Origin: an uncultured Schleiferiaceae bacterium
GTDB taxonomy: Bacteria; Bacteroidota; Bacteroidia; Flavobacteriales; Schleiferiaceae
Direction of reading: 5' to 3'
Length of the DNA stretch: 64,000 nt
Assembly (NCBI GenBank): GCA_963977415.1
Contig: CAXBOS010000007.1
Location: 89,851 to 153,850 of the forward strand
The notes under the pieces were generated by a model that had not been told where the DNA came from, did no database searches, and saw nothing but the letters and a program-made list of their open reading frames with translations. The position numbers were made by a program, and so were the translations under genes. Positions 9,502-19,727 of this stretch are shown in pieces (within the stretch, counting starts at the first letter, position 1; each line of letters opens with the position of its first letter).

Positions 9502-10020
9502 ATGAAGAAAGGGCCCGCTATATTAGTACTGTTGGCAATCCTCGTTACTGGGGCTGTTTTTTTATTACCCAAAACAGCGCAGCAAGAGGAAGCTCAAGCT
9601 ATTGAGGCAGAGAGTGTTGATCACGACCATAGCGGAGAGAAGGGCTTTACTTCAATTGCAGATTCCTTAGTTGATGATGCTTTAAGTAAACTAGAATCAG
9701 GTGCACTGCCTCCTATGCAAGCCGTAATGGCCATTGCCGACGTAGCAGAGAAATTCCCTGAAAATGTAAAAGCGAATTTCACCCTTGGTGTAATGAGTAT
9801 GCAAACTGGGCAATATTCTAAAGCTTTAAATCGCTTTCAGACTGTAATTGACCAAGATCCCTTAAATGGAGATGCCTACTTACTGTATGCCCGTTCACAA
9901 ATGTTTCTAGGAGATAGCACCGCAGCTAAGTCGGTGTTAGAAGACGCCCTAAAAAAACTTAGCGACGAAAAAACATTGAAAGCCATTCGCGATGAAATGG
10001 CAAGTATTATTAACAATTAA
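9502..10020 (+). CDS. TPR-repeat protein with N-terminal membrane anchor
   Basis: It has a signal/anchor helix followed by TPR-like helices (ANFTLGVMSMQTGQYSKALNRFQTVIDQDPLNGDAYLLYA). Confidence 0.6.
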   Translation: MKKGPAILVLLAILVTGAVFLLPKTAQQEEAQAIEAESVDHDHSGEKGFTSIADSLVDDALSKLESGALPPMQAVMAIADVAEKFPENVKANFTLGVMSMQTGQYSKALNRFQTVIDQDPLNGDAYLLYARSQMFLGDSTAAKSVLEDALKKLSDEKTLKAIRDEMASIINN

Positions 10021-10032
10021 AAATTTTTGGTT

Positions 10033-10122
10033 ATGCCAAGTGGTAAAAAAAGAAAACGTCATAAGATGTCAACTCATAAACGCAAAAAGCGTTTACGTAA
10101 AAACCGTCACAAGAAAAAGTAA
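10033..10122 (+). CDS. 29-aa highly basic peptide, ribosomal protein THX-like (not in the ORF track)
   Basis: An ATG at 10033 opens MPSGKKRKRHKMSTHKRKKRLRKNRHKKK, with TAA at 10120-10122. The composition and length match the bTHX-type peptides annotated in Bacteroidota. Confidence 0.55.
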   Translation: MPSGKKRKRHKMSTHKRKKRLRKNRHKKK

Positions 10123-10155
10123 CAGTGGAATCTTTTAGAATCTATTGATTTATTT

Positions 10156-10184
10156 AAGCACCTTATTACAAGGTGCTTTTCGTG
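10156..10184 (+). terminator. Hairpin terminator/attenuator between the THX-like ORF and rng
   Basis: aagcacctt (10156-10164) pairs with aaggtgctt (10170-10178), followed by TTcgtgTTT. Confidence 0.5.
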
Positions 10185-10231
10185 TTTCTGCATAATCTTC
10201 CTATACGAGTATAGGAGTAAAATATATTAAG

Positions 10232-11779
10232 GTGAGTACAGAATTAGTTATTAATTCTCGTACTGCCGATTCTGTAGCAGTATCGCTACTCAAAGATGGT
10301 AAGCTATCTGAGTTACACTATGATAACCAGGTGGACTTTTCTGTCGGTGATGTATATCTGGGCAAGGTAAAGAAGATTGTTCCCGGCTTAAATGCGGCCT
10401 TTGTTGATGTGGGTTATGAAAAGGATGCCTTCCTTCATTACCACGACTTAGGACCACAAATTAAGTCATTGAATAAGTTTACCCGCCGCACGCTTACAGG
10501 CAAGCAACGTTGGTCTTTGACCGACTTCCAGCCTGAAGCCGATATTGATAAGAACGGCAGTATAGATTCTGTTCTACGCGAAGGACATACCATATTGGTA
10601 CAAATCGCTAAAGAACCTATATCTACCAAAGGCCCACGCATTACTTCGGAAATCTCCCTCGCGGGCAGATACGTAGTTTTGGTGCCTTTCTCTAACCGCG
10701 TAAGCGTTAGTAGTAAATTACGAGACAAAGAAGAAAAGGACCGTCTAAAAAGACTAGTACTAAGTATTAAACCCGGTGGTTTTGGCATTATCGTTAGAAC
10801 TGCCGCCCAAGATTGCAGCGTAGCCGACCTAGATGCGGACGTAGAAGATTTGGTGGGCAAATGGAAACAATTACATCGCAATGTGCAACGCATGAAGCCC
10901 CCAAGCAGAGCTTTGCGCGAACTCAACCGGGTATCTGCATTACTGCGCGATGTACTTAACGATTCCTTTAATAGCATTGCGGTAGACAGCCCCGAGCTCT
11001 TTAACGAACTTAAAGAGTATATGCGCTCTATCGAACCTGAAAAGGAAAAAATTGTGAAGCTCTACCAAGGGCGCCTTCCCATATTTGAACAATACGGCAT
11101 TGAAAGACAGATAAAGAGCAGCTTCGGACGTTCTGTAAGCATGGGCAAAGGTGCCTATCTTATAATTGAACACACTGAAGCCATGCACGTTATCGACGTT
11201 AACAGTGGTAATCGTACGAATTCAGATGAAAATCAGGAAGCAAACGCATTAGCAGTAAATATCTCTGCCGCCGAAGAAATTGCTCGCCAATTGCGCTTGC
11301 GCGACATGGGGGGAATTATTGTGGTTGACTTTATTGATATGCACCGCAATGAGAACCGCAAGAAGTTGTATGAAAAACTGAAGGAGGAAATGGCTACTGA
11401 TCGTGCCAAACATAAAATTTTACCTCCCTCTCGTTTTGGACTAATTGAGATTACGCGGCAACGTGTACGCCCAGAAATGGACATACAAACACGCGAAGAA
11501 AACCCTGACGGTACTGGGAAAGTTGAAGCTCCCATTCTTATCGTTGATGAGATTGAAAATCAACTCGACCTTATCTCCCAACAGGATAGTTCCAAGTTGA
11601 TCTACCTCCACCTACACCCCTTTATTGCTGCTTACCTTACCAAAGGACTTTTCAATAGTATCAGAAGAAAATGGGCGAAAAAATATGGCAAGAACTTGAA
11701 AATCACTCCTCGTGATTCTTACAAATTCTTGGAGTACGCTTTTTTCAATGATAAAGACGAGAAGTTTGAACTTAATTAA
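10232..11779 (+). CDS. rng: Ribonuclease G/E family (Rne/Rng)
   Basis: It has an S1 domain (GDVYLGKVKKIVPGLNAAFVDVG), the DNase-I-like motif HVIDVNSG and the block GGIIVVDFIDM. The start codon is GTG. Confidence 0.9.
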   Translation: MSTELVINSRTADSVAVSLLKDGKLSELHYDNQVDFSVGDVYLGKVKKIVPGLNAAFVDVGYEKDAFLHYHDLGPQIKSLNKFTRRTLTGKQRWSLTDFQPEADIDKNGSIDSVLREGHTILVQIAKEPISTKGPRITSEISLAGRYVVLVPFSNRVSVSSKLRDKEEKDRLKRLVLSIKPGGFGIIVRTAAQDCSVADLDADVEDLVGKWKQLHRNVQRMKPPSRALRELNRVSALLRDVLNDSFNSIAVDSPELFNELKEYMRSIEPEKEKIVKLYQGRLPIFEQYGIERQIKSSFGRSVSMGKGAYLIIEHTEAMHVIDVNSGNRTNSDENQEANALAVNISAAEEIARQLRLRDMGGIIVVDFIDMHRNENRKKLYEKLKEEMATDRAKHKILPPSRFGLIEITRQRVRPEMDIQTREENPDGTGKVEAPILIVDEIENQLDLISQQDSSKLIYLHLHPFIAAYLTKGLFNSIRRKWAKKYGKNLKITPRDSYKFLEYAFFNDKDEKFELN

Positions 11780-11837
11780 TGCTTCGCAAAGCCTTTATAT
11801 TAAAGGGATTTACTAATTTCGATTAATAATCAACAGC

Positions 11838-12671
11838 ATGAAAAAAACATTAGCAATTTTAGGAGCCGTAGTATTACTAGGCTCTTGTGTAAGTAAAAAA
11901 AAGTATACTGAACTACAGGGACAGTATCAAGAAATCGATGGTGAACTAAGTAAGACTCGCATGGAGTTAGCCTCTTGTTTAGATAACCGCAAGAATGCTA
12001 ATAGCGAAATTGAATATCTTAAGAAAACTAATTATCAGCTCCTGAAAAATGTAGGCAATATGTCTACCTTAACTAAGAAAGAAGCCGAAAACTTAGAAAA
12101 ATCTTTAGAGCAAATTCGCGAAAAAGACATGACAATCAGCAGCTTACAAGCCGCCATAAACAAGCGTGACTCCGTAACTTTTGCATTGGTTACTAGCCTT
12201 AAAGGCGCCACTGTCGGCATTAACGACCAAGACATTAGTATTAATGTTGAAAAAGGTGTGGTTTACGTTTCCATCTCCGACAAACTTTTATTTGAAAGTG
12301 GTAGCTCCAAAGTAAGCTCATCGGCCAAAGACGTTTTAGGGAAAGTGGCGAAAGTTTTAAAATCACAGCCTACTTTAGACTTTATGGTTGAAGGCCATAC
12401 CGACAACAAGGCAGCGCGCAATGGTGCTCCTTTCAAAGATAACTGGGAATTAAGTACCCAACGTGCTGCCTCGGTGGTGCGCATCTTAGAAGGCGACTTC
12501 GCCATTAACCCTGCACGTATTACTGTTGCTGGTAAGGGTGAACATGCCCCTGTAGCATCGAACGAGGAAGCTGAAGGTCGCGCTAAAAACCGTCGTACTC
12601 GTATCGTTATTCTTCCAAAATTAGATGAGTTCTACTCATTGATTGAAGAAGGAATGGAAAAAGCAAAATAG
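11838..12671 (+). CDS. OmpA-family lipoprotein with coiled-coil N-domain
   Basis: It has a lipobox (LLGSC). The C-terminal OmpA-like peptidoglycan-binding motifs are GHTDN...NWELSTQRAASV...NRRTRIVILP. Confidence 0.85.
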   Translation: MKKTLAILGAVVLLGSCVSKKKYTELQGQYQEIDGELSKTRMELASCLDNRKNANSEIEYLKKTNYQLLKNVGNMSTLTKKEAENLEKSLEQIREKDMTISSLQAAINKRDSVTFALVTSLKGATVGINDQDISINVEKGVVYVSISDKLLFESGSSKVSSSAKDVLGKVAKVLKSQPTLDFMVEGHTDNKAARNGAPFKDNWELSTQRAASVVRILEGDFAINPARITVAGKGEHAPVASNEEAEGRAKNRRTRIVILPKLDEFYSLIEEGMEKAK

Positions 12672-12694
12672 CATTTTTGAAAGCTCTATAATTA

Positions 12695-12726
12695 AAGGCC
12701 GTCTGCGAAGACGGTCTTTTTTTTTG
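12695..12726 (+). terminator. Rho-independent terminator
   Basis: ggccgtct / agacggtc forms the stem with a GCGA tetraloop, followed by T9. Confidence 0.7.
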
Positions 12727-12891
12727 CCCCTATTTAACCATACTATTTCAGGAACTGTTTCACCTACTTTCCAAAAGCAGTATGGCATATAAGGATAATT
12801 TCAAAATAGTATTCCACCCCTAAAAAACCTTCCCGAGGCCTGATGCAAAAGAGCTAGAATTGGTACCTTCGGGCGAATTAAATAATTGATC

Positions 12892-14916
12892 ATGAAAAAA
12901 TATATTCTTCTCCTTTGCGCCATAAGCTTCGGACTAAGCGGGCAAAATGAGGTAATGACTCCCCAAAAACTCTGGGAGCTCGGACGGGTTAGCCTAGATG
13001 CGGTTTCCCCAGATGGGACTAGCTTCGTTTACGGCGTAACCTATTACGATACCGAAGCGAATAAAGGCAGCCGCGATCTTTATCTAATGTCTGTAAAAGG
13101 TGGAGAAGCGCAAAGAATTACCGATCTCCCTGGAGGAGAGTACGGTGCTCATTTTGTTGGAAACGACATAGCTTTTAATCACGGTGGACAGCTACACCTA
13201 TATAAAATGGTTGATAAAACCATTAGCGCCTTAACCGATATTGAAGGGGGCGTATCTGGAGCGAAAGCCTTAAAAATGCCTAATGGAGATATCCGTATCG
13301 TTTTCTCAAAGTCTTTTAAAAATGCAAAAAACTCTTCGGATCTCTATCCTGATTTACCCAAAGCCGAATTTAGGGTTATAGACGATTTGATGTATCGCCA
13401 CTGGGATAGCTGGGATGATCATGAGGGATCTTTAGTATGTTTTACCGATTACAAAAATGCCTCAGCTACTTCTTTTGAAATTCTTATTCAAGATAATCAG
13501 TTCGATAGTCCTGTTCCCCCTTTCGGAGGATCGGAAAGTTATGTACTTAGCCCTGACGGTAAAACCGTGGCTTACGAATTAAAGGCATTAAAAGGAAAAG
13601 ACTTTGCCGAACAAACCAATAGCGACATCTACCTAGTTGATCTTGAAACTAAAATCACTACCAACATTAGCGCTGGTATGATGGGTTACGATAAAAACCC
13701 GCAGTTCTCACCAGACGGTTCTAAAATAGCTTGGTTATCTATGGCCACCAATGGCTATGAAAGCGATGTAAATGACCTAGTTGTAATGGACATTAAAAGC
13801 GGTTCTAAAACTCACGTTTTAAAAACTCTTAACAAATACGACGAATTAACTTTTCAATCTTTTGCTTGGGCCAACCAAAATGAAATAGTTGCTGGTGTAC
13901 CCATCGGCGGAAGCAATCACCTTTTTGAAGTGGAATACAAGAAAGGTAAATTGGAACTAGAGAGAATTTCGCAAGGCGATTACAATTACAACCATTTCGA
14001 AATTGCCAAAGGCGGCTATGTGGTGGAACGTCAGGATATGAATAATGCCACGGAAATCTTTTTCCTGAAAGAAAATGGTAAAGTTTCTCCCCTAACTAGC
14101 GTTAATAAGGCCATCTATGACAATTTAAAAAAGAGCAAAGTTGAAAAGCGTATGGTTAAAACAAGCGACGGCCAAGATATGCTTACTTGGGTTATTTACC
14201 CACCCGATTTCGATCCTAATAAAAAATACCCTACCCTACTTTACTGTCAAGGTGGACCCCAAAGTCAGGTATCACAATTCTACAGCTTCCGCTGGAATTT
14301 CCAATTAATGGCGGCTCAGGGTTATATCGTTGTTGCGCCAAACCGTCGCGGTTTACCCGGATTCGGTAGAGAATGGAATGAAGCGATTTCTAAAGATTGG
14401 GGAGGTCAAGCCATGCGCGATTACCTGAGCGCCATTGATGCGGTTAGTGCCGAACCCTATTCCGATGAAAACAATCTAGGCTGTATTGGTGCTAGCTATG
14501 GTGGCTATTCCGTTTATATGTTAGCTGGTATTCATGAAGGGCGCTTTAAGAGTTTCATTTCGCACTGCGGCCTTTTCGACTTAGAAAGTTGGTACCTCAG
14601 CACCGAAGAAATGTTTTTCGCCAACTACGATTTAGGCGGACCTTTTTGGGAAGAGAAAAATGCCGAAACTTACAGCAAATTCGACCCGAAAGATTACGTG
14701 CAAAACTGGGATACTCCTATGTTAGTAATTCACGGTGGCAACGATTTCCGCGTTCCCATCAACCAAGGAATGGAAGCTTTTCAAGCCGCAAAATTACGCG
14801 GTATTCCTGCACGCTTTTTATACTTCCCGAATGAAGGTCACTGGATTTTAAGTCCGCAGAACGGCTTGGTATGGCACGATCAATTCTTTAATTGGTTAGA
14901 TACTTATTTGAAGTAG
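12892..14916 (+). CDS. S9 family serine peptidase (prolyl oligopeptidase / dipeptidyl aminopeptidase-like)
   Basis: It has a signal peptide and a beta-propeller N-half. The catalytic triad context is GASYGGY (GxSxGG), HGGNDFRVP and NEGHW. The ATG at 12892 is preferred over the TTG at 12886. Confidence 0.85.
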   Translation: MKKYILLLCAISFGLSGQNEVMTPQKLWELGRVSLDAVSPDGTSFVYGVTYYDTEANKGSRDLYLMSVKGGEAQRITDLPGGEYGAHFVGNDIAFNHGGQLHLYKMVDKTISALTDIEGGVSGAKALKMPNGDIRIVFSKSFKNAKNSSDLYPDLPKAEFRVIDDLMYRHWDSWDDHEGSLVCFTDYKNASATSFEILIQDNQFDSPVPPFGGSESYVLSPDGKTVAYELKALKGKDFAEQTNSDIYLVDLETKITTNISAGMMGYDKNPQFSPDGSKIAWLSMATNGYESDVNDLVVMDIKSGSKTHVLKTLNKYDELTFQSFAWANQNEIVAGVPIGGSNHLFEVEYKKGKLELERISQGDYNYNHFEIAKGGYVVERQDMNNATEIFFLKENGKVSPLTSVNKAIYDNLKKSKVEKRMVKTSDGQDMLTWVIYPPDFDPNKKYPTLLYCQGGPQSQVSQFYSFRWNFQLMAAQGYIVVAPNRRGLPGFGREWNEAISKDWGGQAMRDYLSAIDAVSAEPYSDENNLGCIGASYGGYSVYMLAGIHEGRFKSFISHCGLFDLESWYLSTEEMFFANYDLGGPFWEEKNAETYSKFDPKDYVQNWDTPMLVIHGGNDFRVPINQGMEAFQAAKLRGIPARFLYFPNEGHWILSPQNGLVWHDQFFNWLDTYLK

Positions 14917-14940
14917 AACTCAGGTTTTTACTATTTTTCC

Positions 14941-14972
14941 AAACCCCGGCTTACCGTCGGGGTTTCTTTTTT
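14941..14972 (+). terminator. Rho-independent terminator
   Basis: aaaccccg (14941-14948) pairs with cggggttt (14958-14965), followed by cTTTTTT. Confidence 0.7.
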
Positions 14973-15059
14973 ACGGTTCATTCTGGAATTTCTACGGTTC
15001 ATAGATTCTGTTTTGGCAAAAGGAGCTCGCCCTCTAGTTTAGCCAGCAAATCAAGAAAT

Positions 15060-17171
15060 ATGAATCGCTCTATTCTACTTTTTATCCTTCTAGCGCAAGG
15101 CCTACTGGCTCAGCATACTTTTAGTGGTAAAGTTTTAGATGCCAAGCAAAAGCCTCTTGCAGGGGTAAACATCTATCTGCTACAAAGCTATAATGGCACT
15201 ACTACTAGCAAAGACGGAACGTTCAGTTTAACTGATCTGCCTGGAGCGGGCCAAATAGAAATTAGCATGATGGGCTTCGATAGCCAATTTATCGACCTTG
15301 AAAAAACAGATTTCCAAAGCCAACAAACCATCATTTTAAAAGAAAGCTTCAACACTTTAAAAGCGGTAACCATTACTGCAGGTAGCATTGAAGTGAGCGA
15401 TAAGCGTCAAGCTATTGTACTAAAACCCCTCGATATTGTTACCACCTCTGGGGCCTTAGGCGATGTAATTGGCGCGCTCAACACCTTACCGGGCACTAGC
15501 ACTAATGCCAACGACGGCCGTCTTTTCGTGCGTGGTGGCTCTGCCGATGAAACCGCCCTTTTCGTAGATGGTTTGCGCCTAGGCAGTGCTTACGGTTCAA
15601 GCCTTAGCGGCATTCCCACTCGCGGTAGATTCAATCCTAATTTATTTAAGGGCAACTTCTTTAGTACTGGCGCTTACTCGGCCGAATATGGTCAGGCTTT
15701 GTCTTCGGTTTTATCGCTTTATAGTGTGGATATGCCTATTCGCAGCCAGACAGATTTAAGCGTGAGTAGCGTGGGCGCCTCTGCCGCACATACCGAAGTA
15801 TGGGAGGACCAATCGCTTAGCACTAATTTATCCTATACCAATCTTAGCCCCTATATGAACTTGGTGCCGCAAAACGTTCAGTTCAATACGGCACCGCAAG
15901 GACTTGATACTGAGATTTTATACCGCAATAAAATTGGTAAAAACACCTTCCTAAAAGGATTTTACTCTTATCAAAGTTCGCGCTTAGCGGTAGAACGTCC
16001 TCAAATTGACAAGGAAGAACTGGAATCTACTTCTTTAAAAAATGACTTCCATTATGCCAATCTTAACCTAAAACACAGCTGGCAGAAAAAGCATTTGCTG
16101 AATGCTGGCATTAGTTACACGAACAATAGCGATCATATTCAGCTAGACAGCAGCAAGATTAAAGCGAATAATCAACTGGCACATTTGAAAGTAATTTACC
16201 AATACTTCCCCATGCCGAGGTTAAAAATTAAGTCGGGTTTAGAGAGCATTCACGAAAACCTAAAGCAAGGTCTCAACGATCAAAGCAGATTTTTTGAGCA
16301 AAATCTATACGCCGCTTTCGCTGAAGCCAATTATCACTTCAACAGCGATTTAGTACTGCAAATTGGTTTACGAAATAGTTTTAGCCAAGGTGAAAACAGC
16401 TTAATGCCACGCCTTTCTTTAGCCTATAGACTTAATGAAAAGTCGCAATTAGCTTTAGCTTATGGCGATTATGTGCAAAATCAGAATCCCAGCATCCTTA
16501 TTAATCAAAATAATTTGGCCGCTTCTTCTGCGCGCCACTGGGTTTTAAACTATCAATTTGCCACCAAAGACTTAACCTTTCGCCTAGAAGCGTATCACAA
16601 AAAATACGACCAACTATTGCGTTTTGATGAAAGCTATACTAGCAATGGTGATGGCTACGCACAAGGCTTTGACCTCTTTATTAGAGATCGCAAAAGCATC
16701 AAAAACTTAGACTATTGGTTTAGCTATTCCTTTATCGACACTAAACGTCACTGGAAAAGTTTCAACAAGCAAGTACAACCCAGCTTCGCGCCTAAGCACA
16801 ATGCTTCTTTGGTAGGTAAGTACTGGATTAGCAAACTCAACTCTCAATTGGGTAGTAGTTTTAATATTAACGATGGCTACACTTACGAGAACCCCAACTT
16901 GGCGGGAGAAATGGAATCTAAAACCAAAGCCTTCAGTAGTTTAAATATTTCTTGGAGCTACCTACCCAAACCCAACCTGATTATCCACCTCGAAATAACC
17001 AATGCCCTTGGTCGTGAAAACATCTTTGGCTATCAATACAGTGCTAATGTAAATGCCGAGGGAAGCTATGCTGAGATGGCCATACCTCAATCGGCGAAGC
17101 GTTTCATTTTCATTGGAGTATTCTACACCCTTAGCAGCGATAAAAAAGCCAATCAGCTAAATAATTTATAA
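15060..17171 (+). CDS. TonB-dependent receptor with carboxypeptidase-regulatory-like N-domain
   Basis: The internal ATG at 15060 gives the signal peptide MNRSILLFILLAQGLLAQ. The CarbopepD_reg-like motif FSGKVLD...GVNIYL...SKDGTFSL is followed by plug and barrel regions. The upstream 56 codons of the tracked ORF overlap the terminator. Confidence 0.8.
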   Translation: MNRSILLFILLAQGLLAQHTFSGKVLDAKQKPLAGVNIYLLQSYNGTTTSKDGTFSLTDLPGAGQIEISMMGFDSQFIDLEKTDFQSQQTIILKESFNTLKAVTITAGSIEVSDKRQAIVLKPLDIVTTSGALGDVIGALNTLPGTSTNANDGRLFVRGGSADETALFVDGLRLGSAYGSSLSGIPTRGRFNPNLFKGNFFSTGAYSAEYGQALSSVLSLYSVDMPIRSQTDLSVSSVGASAAHTEVWEDQSLSTNLSYTNLSPYMNLVPQNVQFNTAPQGLDTEILYRNKIGKNTFLKGFYSYQSSRLAVERPQIDKEELESTSLKNDFHYANLNLKHSWQKKHLLNAGISYTNNSDHIQLDSSKIKANNQLAHLKVIYQYFPMPRLKIKSGLESIHENLKQGLNDQSRFFEQNLYAAFAEANYHFNSDLVLQIGLRNSFSQGENSLMPRLSLAYRLNEKSQLALAYGDYVQNQNPSILINQNNLAASSARHWVLNYQFATKDLTFRLEAYHKKYDQLLRFDESYTSNGDGYAQGFDLFIRDRKSIKNLDYWFSYSFIDTKRHWKSFNKQVQPSFAPKHNASLVGKYWISKLNSQLGSSFNINDGYTYENPNLAGEMESKTKAFSSLNISWSYLPKPNLIIHLEITNALGRENIFGYQYSANVNAEGSYAEMAIPQSAKRFIFIGVFYTLSSDKKANQLNNL

Positions 17172-17201
17172 ATCAATTTTAATCTTTCAATCCAAATTAT
17201 C

Positions 17202-17855
17202 ATGAAAAAAGCAATCATTATTTTCCTAGGACTTTTCTTTAGTGCGAATCTTAGCCTTAGCGCCCAAAGCGATTTTAAAACGTATATGCAAGAAAGCATT
17301 GCTTTATACGACAGCGTTAAAACCCTAGCCGACTATCAAAACATCGCCAATCGTTTCGATCGAATCGCGAAAGCCGAAAAAGAAGAGTGGCTGCCAAATT
17401 ACTACGCCGGCTTAACTTATGTTTACATGAGTTTTGTGCGCGGTTTAGAAGACGATAAAAGAGACGAGTATCTAGACCAAGCTTTAGTTTATGCTGAAAA
17501 GGCGGGTGAAATTGCAGGCAATGATGTGGAAATTACCGTTCTCACTGGTTATATCTATATGGCTAAGGTAAGCGTTAGTCCCGCTTTGCGCGGAATGACT
17601 ATGTCCAGCAAAGTTAGTGGCTACTTTGAGAAAGCCCTGGCTATGAGTCCTAACAACCCCCGTGCTAACCTAATGTTAGGCCGCTGGAAATATGGAACTG
17701 CCCAGTTTTTTGGATCAGATGTAAGTGAACCTTGTGCTTTAATGCAAAAGAGTTTAAGTCTATTTGAAGCATCGAAGGGTGAGTCTACCATAATGCCAAG
17801 CTGGGGACAAGGACAAGCCGAAGCGATGAGTAAAAATTGTACAGGAAATAACTAA
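17202..17855 (+). CDS. Secreted all-helical (TPR-like) hypothetical protein
   Basis: It has a signal peptide and helical repeats. No specific motif was recognised. Confidence 0.45.
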   Translation: MKKAIIIFLGLFFSANLSLSAQSDFKTYMQESIALYDSVKTLADYQNIANRFDRIAKAEKEEWLPNYYAGLTYVYMSFVRGLEDDKRDEYLDQALVYAEKAGEIAGNDVEITVLTGYIYMAKVSVSPALRGMTMSSKVSGYFEKALAMSPNNPRANLMLGRWKYGTAQFFGSDVSEPCALMQKSLSLFEASKGESTIMPSWGQGQAEAMSKNCTGNN

Positions 17856-17863
17856 TTTGCAGC

Positions 17864-18913
17864 ATGCGTAAAATTCTGCTTATCGACTACCAAATCATTC
17901 TAAAGTGGATAGGTATAAATGCCTTAATAGGCTTTAGTATACCTCTCTTTTATAATGCCGAAAGCTATCTTTCAATTGAGGGATGGGGCCGAATTTGGGA
18001 TGACATCCTTTATGGCTTTATGATGTCGGTGGGAATTAGCATTGCTGTCGAAATTAACGAAAGGTATTTAGACCGCATCGCACCCTGGTTGGAAAATGCT
18101 ACGAAAAGATTTTTCTTAGAAATAATTGGTGTAAGCCTTCTCGCTTTTAGCGCTTCCTATTTGATGAATGTCCTGTTTTACACTCTTTTCGGCAAAATTG
18201 ATTACAATAACTTCCCGTGGAAAACCATGGCTATTTACGCGCAGTATCCACTGTACGTGGGATATGTAATTACTGCTTTTTTTGTTTCCAAAGGCTTTCT
18301 TACTCGCCTTAAAGAAACAGCAGTAAGGGCCCAAAAGTTAGAAACGGAACGCTTTCGTGGAGAAGTGCGCTTGCTCAAAGACCAGTTAAATCCGCACTTT
18401 CTTTTCAACTCCTTCAATGCCTTAACCAATATGGTATATGAAGATGCCGATCTAGCAGCGGCTTATATTCAAAAACTGAGTAAATTTTACCGCTATGTGC
18501 TAGAAGTGCAAAGTGAAGATTTGGTAACACTGGCGCAAGAAATAAAATTCGCACGCGACTATTGGACCCTTCAGGAAGGCCGCTTTAGTGCAGATGCTAT
18601 GGAGCTGGAAATTGATCAAAGTACACTAAACGCTGCGGCTTTAATGCCTCCCATGACTTTACAATTATTATTGGAAAACGCGATAAAGCACAATCAGCTT
18701 AAAGAAGATTCCCCTTTAAAAATTAAAATTTACCAAGAGCAGAACCATATTTTGGTGAGAAACAATCTGCAAAAGCGCCTTAGCCCCGCCGAAAGCTCAG
18801 GTATTGGCCTAAGCAATATTAAAGAACGCTATAAATTACTGCGGCAGAAGGAAGTAGAAATTAGAGAAAGCTCCGACTATTTTACTGTAAAACTCCCATT
18901 AATCCTTAACTAA
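17864..18913 (+). CDS. LytS/YehU-type sensor histidine kinase
   Basis: It has an N-terminal TM bundle, the His_kinase motif LNPHFLFNSFNALTNMVYED and an HATPase N-box LLLENAIKHN. Confidence 0.85.
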   Translation: MRKILLIDYQIILKWIGINALIGFSIPLFYNAESYLSIEGWGRIWDDILYGFMMSVGISIAVEINERYLDRIAPWLENATKRFFLEIIGVSLLAFSASYLMNVLFYTLFGKIDYNNFPWKTMAIYAQYPLYVGYVITAFFVSKGFLTRLKETAVRAQKLETERFRGEVRLLKDQLNPHFLFNSFNALTNMVYEDADLAAAYIQKLSKFYRYVLEVQSEDLVTLAQEIKFARDYWTLQEGRFSADAMELEIDQSTLNAAALMPPMTLQLLLENAIKHNQLKEDSPLKIKIYQEQNHILVRNNLQKRLSPAESSGIGLSNIKERYKLLRQKEVEIRESSDYFTVKLPLILN

Positions 18914-18914
18914 G

Positions 18915-19670
18915 ATGCATGTACTATTAATTGAAGACGAAAAACCCGCTGCTAAGCAATTAGAGCGCCTTTTAACCAATGCCTTGCCCGACGCCCAAGT
19001 ACACGGACCACTGGGAAGCATCGAGGCTAGTATTAATTGGCTGGACAATAATCCCAAACCCGATTTAATTTTTTTAGACATCCATTTAAGTGACGGACCC
19101 AGTTTTAATATTTTCAAAAACCGTGAGCTTGATGTTCCCATTATTTTCTGCACCGCCTTTGATCAGTATGCCTTGGAAGCCTTTAAGGTAAATAGCATCG
19201 ATTACCTTTTAAAACCCATTGACCCTGAAGAACTTTATCAGGCCATCGCCAAATTTATAAAGCTACGCCAAAACCCGGTTTCCCTAGATGGGAATTTATT
19301 AAAAGAGCTACTAGAACCTAAAGCCAAGAAGCTAAAAGAGCGCTTTGTACTGAAGCAGTCTGAAAAGCTAGTGTTGGTGGAAGTAAAGGATATCGACTTT
19401 TTTGTGAGTAGCGGCGGGAGTTCCTTTCTTCAGAATAAAGAAGGCATACAGTTTATTATCGATCAAAGCCTCGATCAAATTGAAAGCTACCTCGACCCCG
19501 AGCGATTTTACCGCGTAAACCGAGGGTATCTAGTGAGCCTAAGCAGCATTGCAGAGATGCAGTCCTACAGCGGTAGTCGATTACGCCTAATATTACGCAA
19601 TTGCAAGGATACCGACATCTTTGTAAGTCGCGATAAAACCGCCTCCTTTAAGGCTTGGCTCGATAGCTGA
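18915..19670 (+). CDS. LytTR-family response regulator
   Basis: It has a receiver domain (LLIEDE...DLIFLDIHLSDG) and a C-terminal LytTR DNA-binding domain (FYRVNRGYLVSL). Confidence 0.9.
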   Translation: MHVLLIEDEKPAAKQLERLLTNALPDAQVHGPLGSIEASINWLDNNPKPDLIFLDIHLSDGPSFNIFKNRELDVPIIFCTAFDQYALEAFKVNSIDYLLKPIDPEELYQAIAKFIKLRQNPVSLDGNLLKELLEPKAKKLKERFVLKQSEKLVLVEVKDIDFFVSSGGSSFLQNKEGIQFIIDQSLDQIESYLDPERFYRVNRGYLVSLSSIAEMQSYSGSRLRLILRNCKDTDIFVSRDKTASFKAWLDS

Positions 19671-19676
19671 TTTCTA

Positions 19677-19707
19677 TTTGTTAGCCGCCCATTAAAGCCT
19701 AGCTTTG
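19677..19707 (+). promoter_or_regulatory. Bacteroidota promoter (TTTG-N19-TAnnTTTG)
   Basis: TTTG at 19677-19680 and TAGCTTTG at 19700-19707 have the consensus spacing. The ATG is at 19728. Confidence 0.5.
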
Positions 19708-19727
19708 CAGGCATTTAATTTTCTTTA

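Noticed and set aside
10438-11535. Three minus-strand ORFs (179, 82 and 100 aa) inside rng
   Set aside because: They are antisense to a strongly supported RNase G gene, have a low-complexity S/R/L-rich composition typical of shadow ORFs, and carry no motifs.
14892-15059. N-terminal 56-codon extension of the TonB-dependent receptor ORF in the track
   Set aside because: The extension overlaps the upstream peptidase gene end and its terminator hairpin (14941-14972). A canonical signal peptide starts at the internal ATG at 15060.
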